From the NCBI GenBank assembly GCA_026770705.1, contig JANJGN010000071.1, positions 744,001-808,000 of the forward strand: a stretch of 64,000 nucleotides of DNA. Reading direction: 5' to 3'. This DNA comes from Isurus oxyrinchus (taxonomy: Eukaryota). The notes below the pieces were generated by a model, which searched no databases, was not told the DNA's origin, and worked only from the letters and a program-made list of their open reading frames with translations. The position numbers were made by a program, and so were the translations under genes. Positions 61,710 through 64,000 of this stretch are shown here, in pieces (within the stretch, counting starts at the first letter, position 1; every line of letters starts with the position of its first letter).

Positions 61710-62217
61710 CTTTCAAAATCAAAATTATCAACACATTAAACACTGAGTGTGATGGAATTCTCTCCAGTTGCCGGGATGAGTGCGGCTCCAACAACACTCA
61801 AGAAGCTCGACACCATCCCGGATAACGCAGCCCGATTGATTGGCATCCCACCCACCATCTTCAACATTCACTCCCTCCACCATGAACGCACATTGTTAGC
61901 AGTGTGCACCATTTTATTAGTGATGATCTTATATTGATGGCCCCTAGATCTTCGTCACTCCGACAAGTGGAAACATCTTCTCCACATCTACCCTATCAAA
62001 ACCCTTTCACCATTTTAAGGACCTCGATCAGGTCACCTCCTCAGCCTTCTCTTTTCTAGAGAAAAGAATCCCAGCTTGTTCAGTCTTTTCTGATAGTTAT
62101 AACCTCTCAGTTCTGGAATCATCCTTGTCAATCCCACTTGCACCTTCTCCAATGCCTGAATTAATAGGAGACTGACTCCCCCTCCATCACAAGCAGGATG
62201 TTCTAACCAATACTTAC

Positions 62218-62505
62218 ACTTTACACTCAGAGTAATGGAGTTGACCACTCAATGGCTGGTTTGAGGGTAGTCACAGGTACAGTGGAGAGTTCGTCCATGA
62301 TGCTTGAACGAAGGGTTAAAGGTCAGTAGAGCGGAAACCTCACCACCGTTCTCTGTGATGTTGCTGACCGTGGAAGTCAGCAATTCACTCCAGGTTAGAT
62401 TGGGGTGGTTATCAGGGCAGGTGTCGAGGCATTTACAGATGATATGTGCAGGAGTCCCCTCCTGTAAATCCTTCAGGAGCACAACAACTGGCTTATCTGG
62501 ACCAT
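62218..62505 (-). pseudogene. Siglec domain-2-type Ig exon with a premature TGA
   Basis: 288 nt, phase 1/1. Reads GPDKPVV..LQEGTPAHIIC..TCPDNHPNLTW..LTFNPSFKHHGRTLHC..YP, with TGA at 62251-62249. Confidence 0.88.
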
Positions 62506-62599
62506 CTGTAATAGAAAGTTCCAGATGTTAACAGACAAGTAGAAAAGAGATTTGATTTGTCCTTTGATTTTTCAATAGGGTCACAGACACTTAGAACAC

Positions 62600-64000
62600 A
62601 GAAGGAGGCCATTCAGCCCATCCAGTCCATGCTGTCTCTCTGCAGAGCAATCCAATCAGTTACATTCCCCCACTCTATCCCCGTATCCCTGTGAGTTTAT
62701 TTCCCCTCAAGTGTCCATCCAATTTCCTTTTGAAATCGTTCATCGTCTCCGCTTCCACCATCCTCGTAGGCAGCGAGTTCCAGCTCATTACCACTCGCTG
62801 TGTAAAAAAGTTCCTCCTCACATCCCCCCTCTGCCCAAAACCTTCAATCTGTGTCCCCCAGTCCTTGTCCCATCAGCTAATGGCAACAGCTTCTCTTTGT
62901 CTACCTGATCTAAACCCATCATCATCTTGTACACCTCGATCAGATCCCCCCTCAATCTCCTTTGCTCCAAGGAGAACAACCCCAGCTTCTCCAACCCAAC
63001 CTTGTAGCTAAAATCCCTCATCCCTGGACCCATTCTGCTCAATCTCCTCCCCACCCTCTCAAGGACCCTCACTTCCTTCCCAAAGTGAGGAGACCAGAAC
63101 TGGACACAATACTCTAGTTGTGACCTAACCAGAGCTTTATAAATGTTCAGCATAACCTCCCTGTGTTTGTTCTCAATCCCTCGATTTATGAAAAGCTTAT
63201 TCTTTCCATCAGCACAAACAGCAATTTCCAAGCGGACTCCCATCAGCAGACAGAGTGCAATGAAACATCGGCATGCCTGCTTCTTAATCTACGGAGAGAA
63301 ACCTGGAACGAAAGATTCTCCTTCTTCTCCTCAGCAAGCTGAAACTTTTCCTTATACCTGGTGCTCCCCAGTCCTGCTGTGTAGACACATCATAACCACG
63401 GCATTGTCTGGCTGTGTGCAGCCAACATGGTCGAATAGGAATGAACAGAAATGTGACGTTGCTAAACTCTGTTCTCTGATTGGAATGTGCTTTCTGAATG
63501 CTGCACCTTTTTCATGCTGCGATAGATTGTAAGAAGCATTTGGGTTATGAATAAAATTACATTGATTAACACAAGTGATTAAAATGTTCAGGCTGTTCTG
63601 TAGATTTTTATAGATTAAAATTCTTATTTTGCTGCCAAATTCTTGGCTCAAAGACAAAGCTTCATGTTGTCACGTTTTCCAATGAGATGGATTCCTCTGC
63701 CCATCTTTATAATGGAAATTTTCAATGTAAACATGTCACATTGTAGCTGCACACACTTGCCAGTAGGTGGTGCGATATGAAGGCTGCTTTGCTGCTCAGA
63801 AAGAGAGAGAAATATTCCTGTTGAATGCATGAACTCCATGTGTGCATGAAACACAGGGCATCAGATGCAATTTTGTGCAATTTGCTGCACTCCCTCTGTT
63901 CAGACCCTCCGACAGTGCAGCACTCCCTCAGTTCAGACCCTCCAACAGTGCATCACTCTCTCAGTTTAGACCCTCCAACAATGCAGCACTCCCTCAGTTC
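62600..64000. repeat. Right arm of the second inverted duplication (CR1, 3'-UTR-like block, 33-bp minisatellite)
   Basis: Reverse complement of ~43000-44465; it runs off the end of the window. Confidence 0.9.

Overview
Vertebrate genomic DNA, very probably from a cartilaginous fish (inferred from the repeat content: Deu-domain SINEs, CR1 LINEs, Penelope elements and SINE/LINE-derived minisatellites). The window is a heavily rearranged innate-immune locus with three components. (1) A three-exon hepcidin (HAMP)-like gene on the minus strand (exons 5083-4992, 3323-3267, 876-760) that the ORF track misses. It predicts an unusual 29-aa, 8-Cys mature peptide, MGRQQLCRFCCNCCNWREPNETCGLCCRY, and has an apparent lesion at the exon-1 donor. 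A second, truncated copy lies on the plus strand at 38.4-40.4 kb. (2) A cluster of Siglec/CD22/CD33-like Ig receptor genes and pseudogenes. These comprise the 3' half of an inhibitory receptor (tandem C2 exons, TM, ITIM LFYANI and ITSM-like TEYTQI, 18.1-23.5 kb), an activating-type pseudogene with a TM arginine and a short tail (44.6-48.2 kb), a CD22-like pseudogene with YxN motifs (52.5-62.5 kb), and two leader+V-set heads cut off by Gypsy sequence. (3) Two large inverted segmental duplications (about 1.1-15.2 kb vs 28.8-41.2 kb, and 42.7-44.5 kb vs 62.6-64 kb). Most ORFs in the supplied track are repeat-derived or run through N tracts. Exon structures were read by eye from splice signals and have no transcript support. 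N-runs and repeats mean that some of the rearrangement could be assembly artefact.
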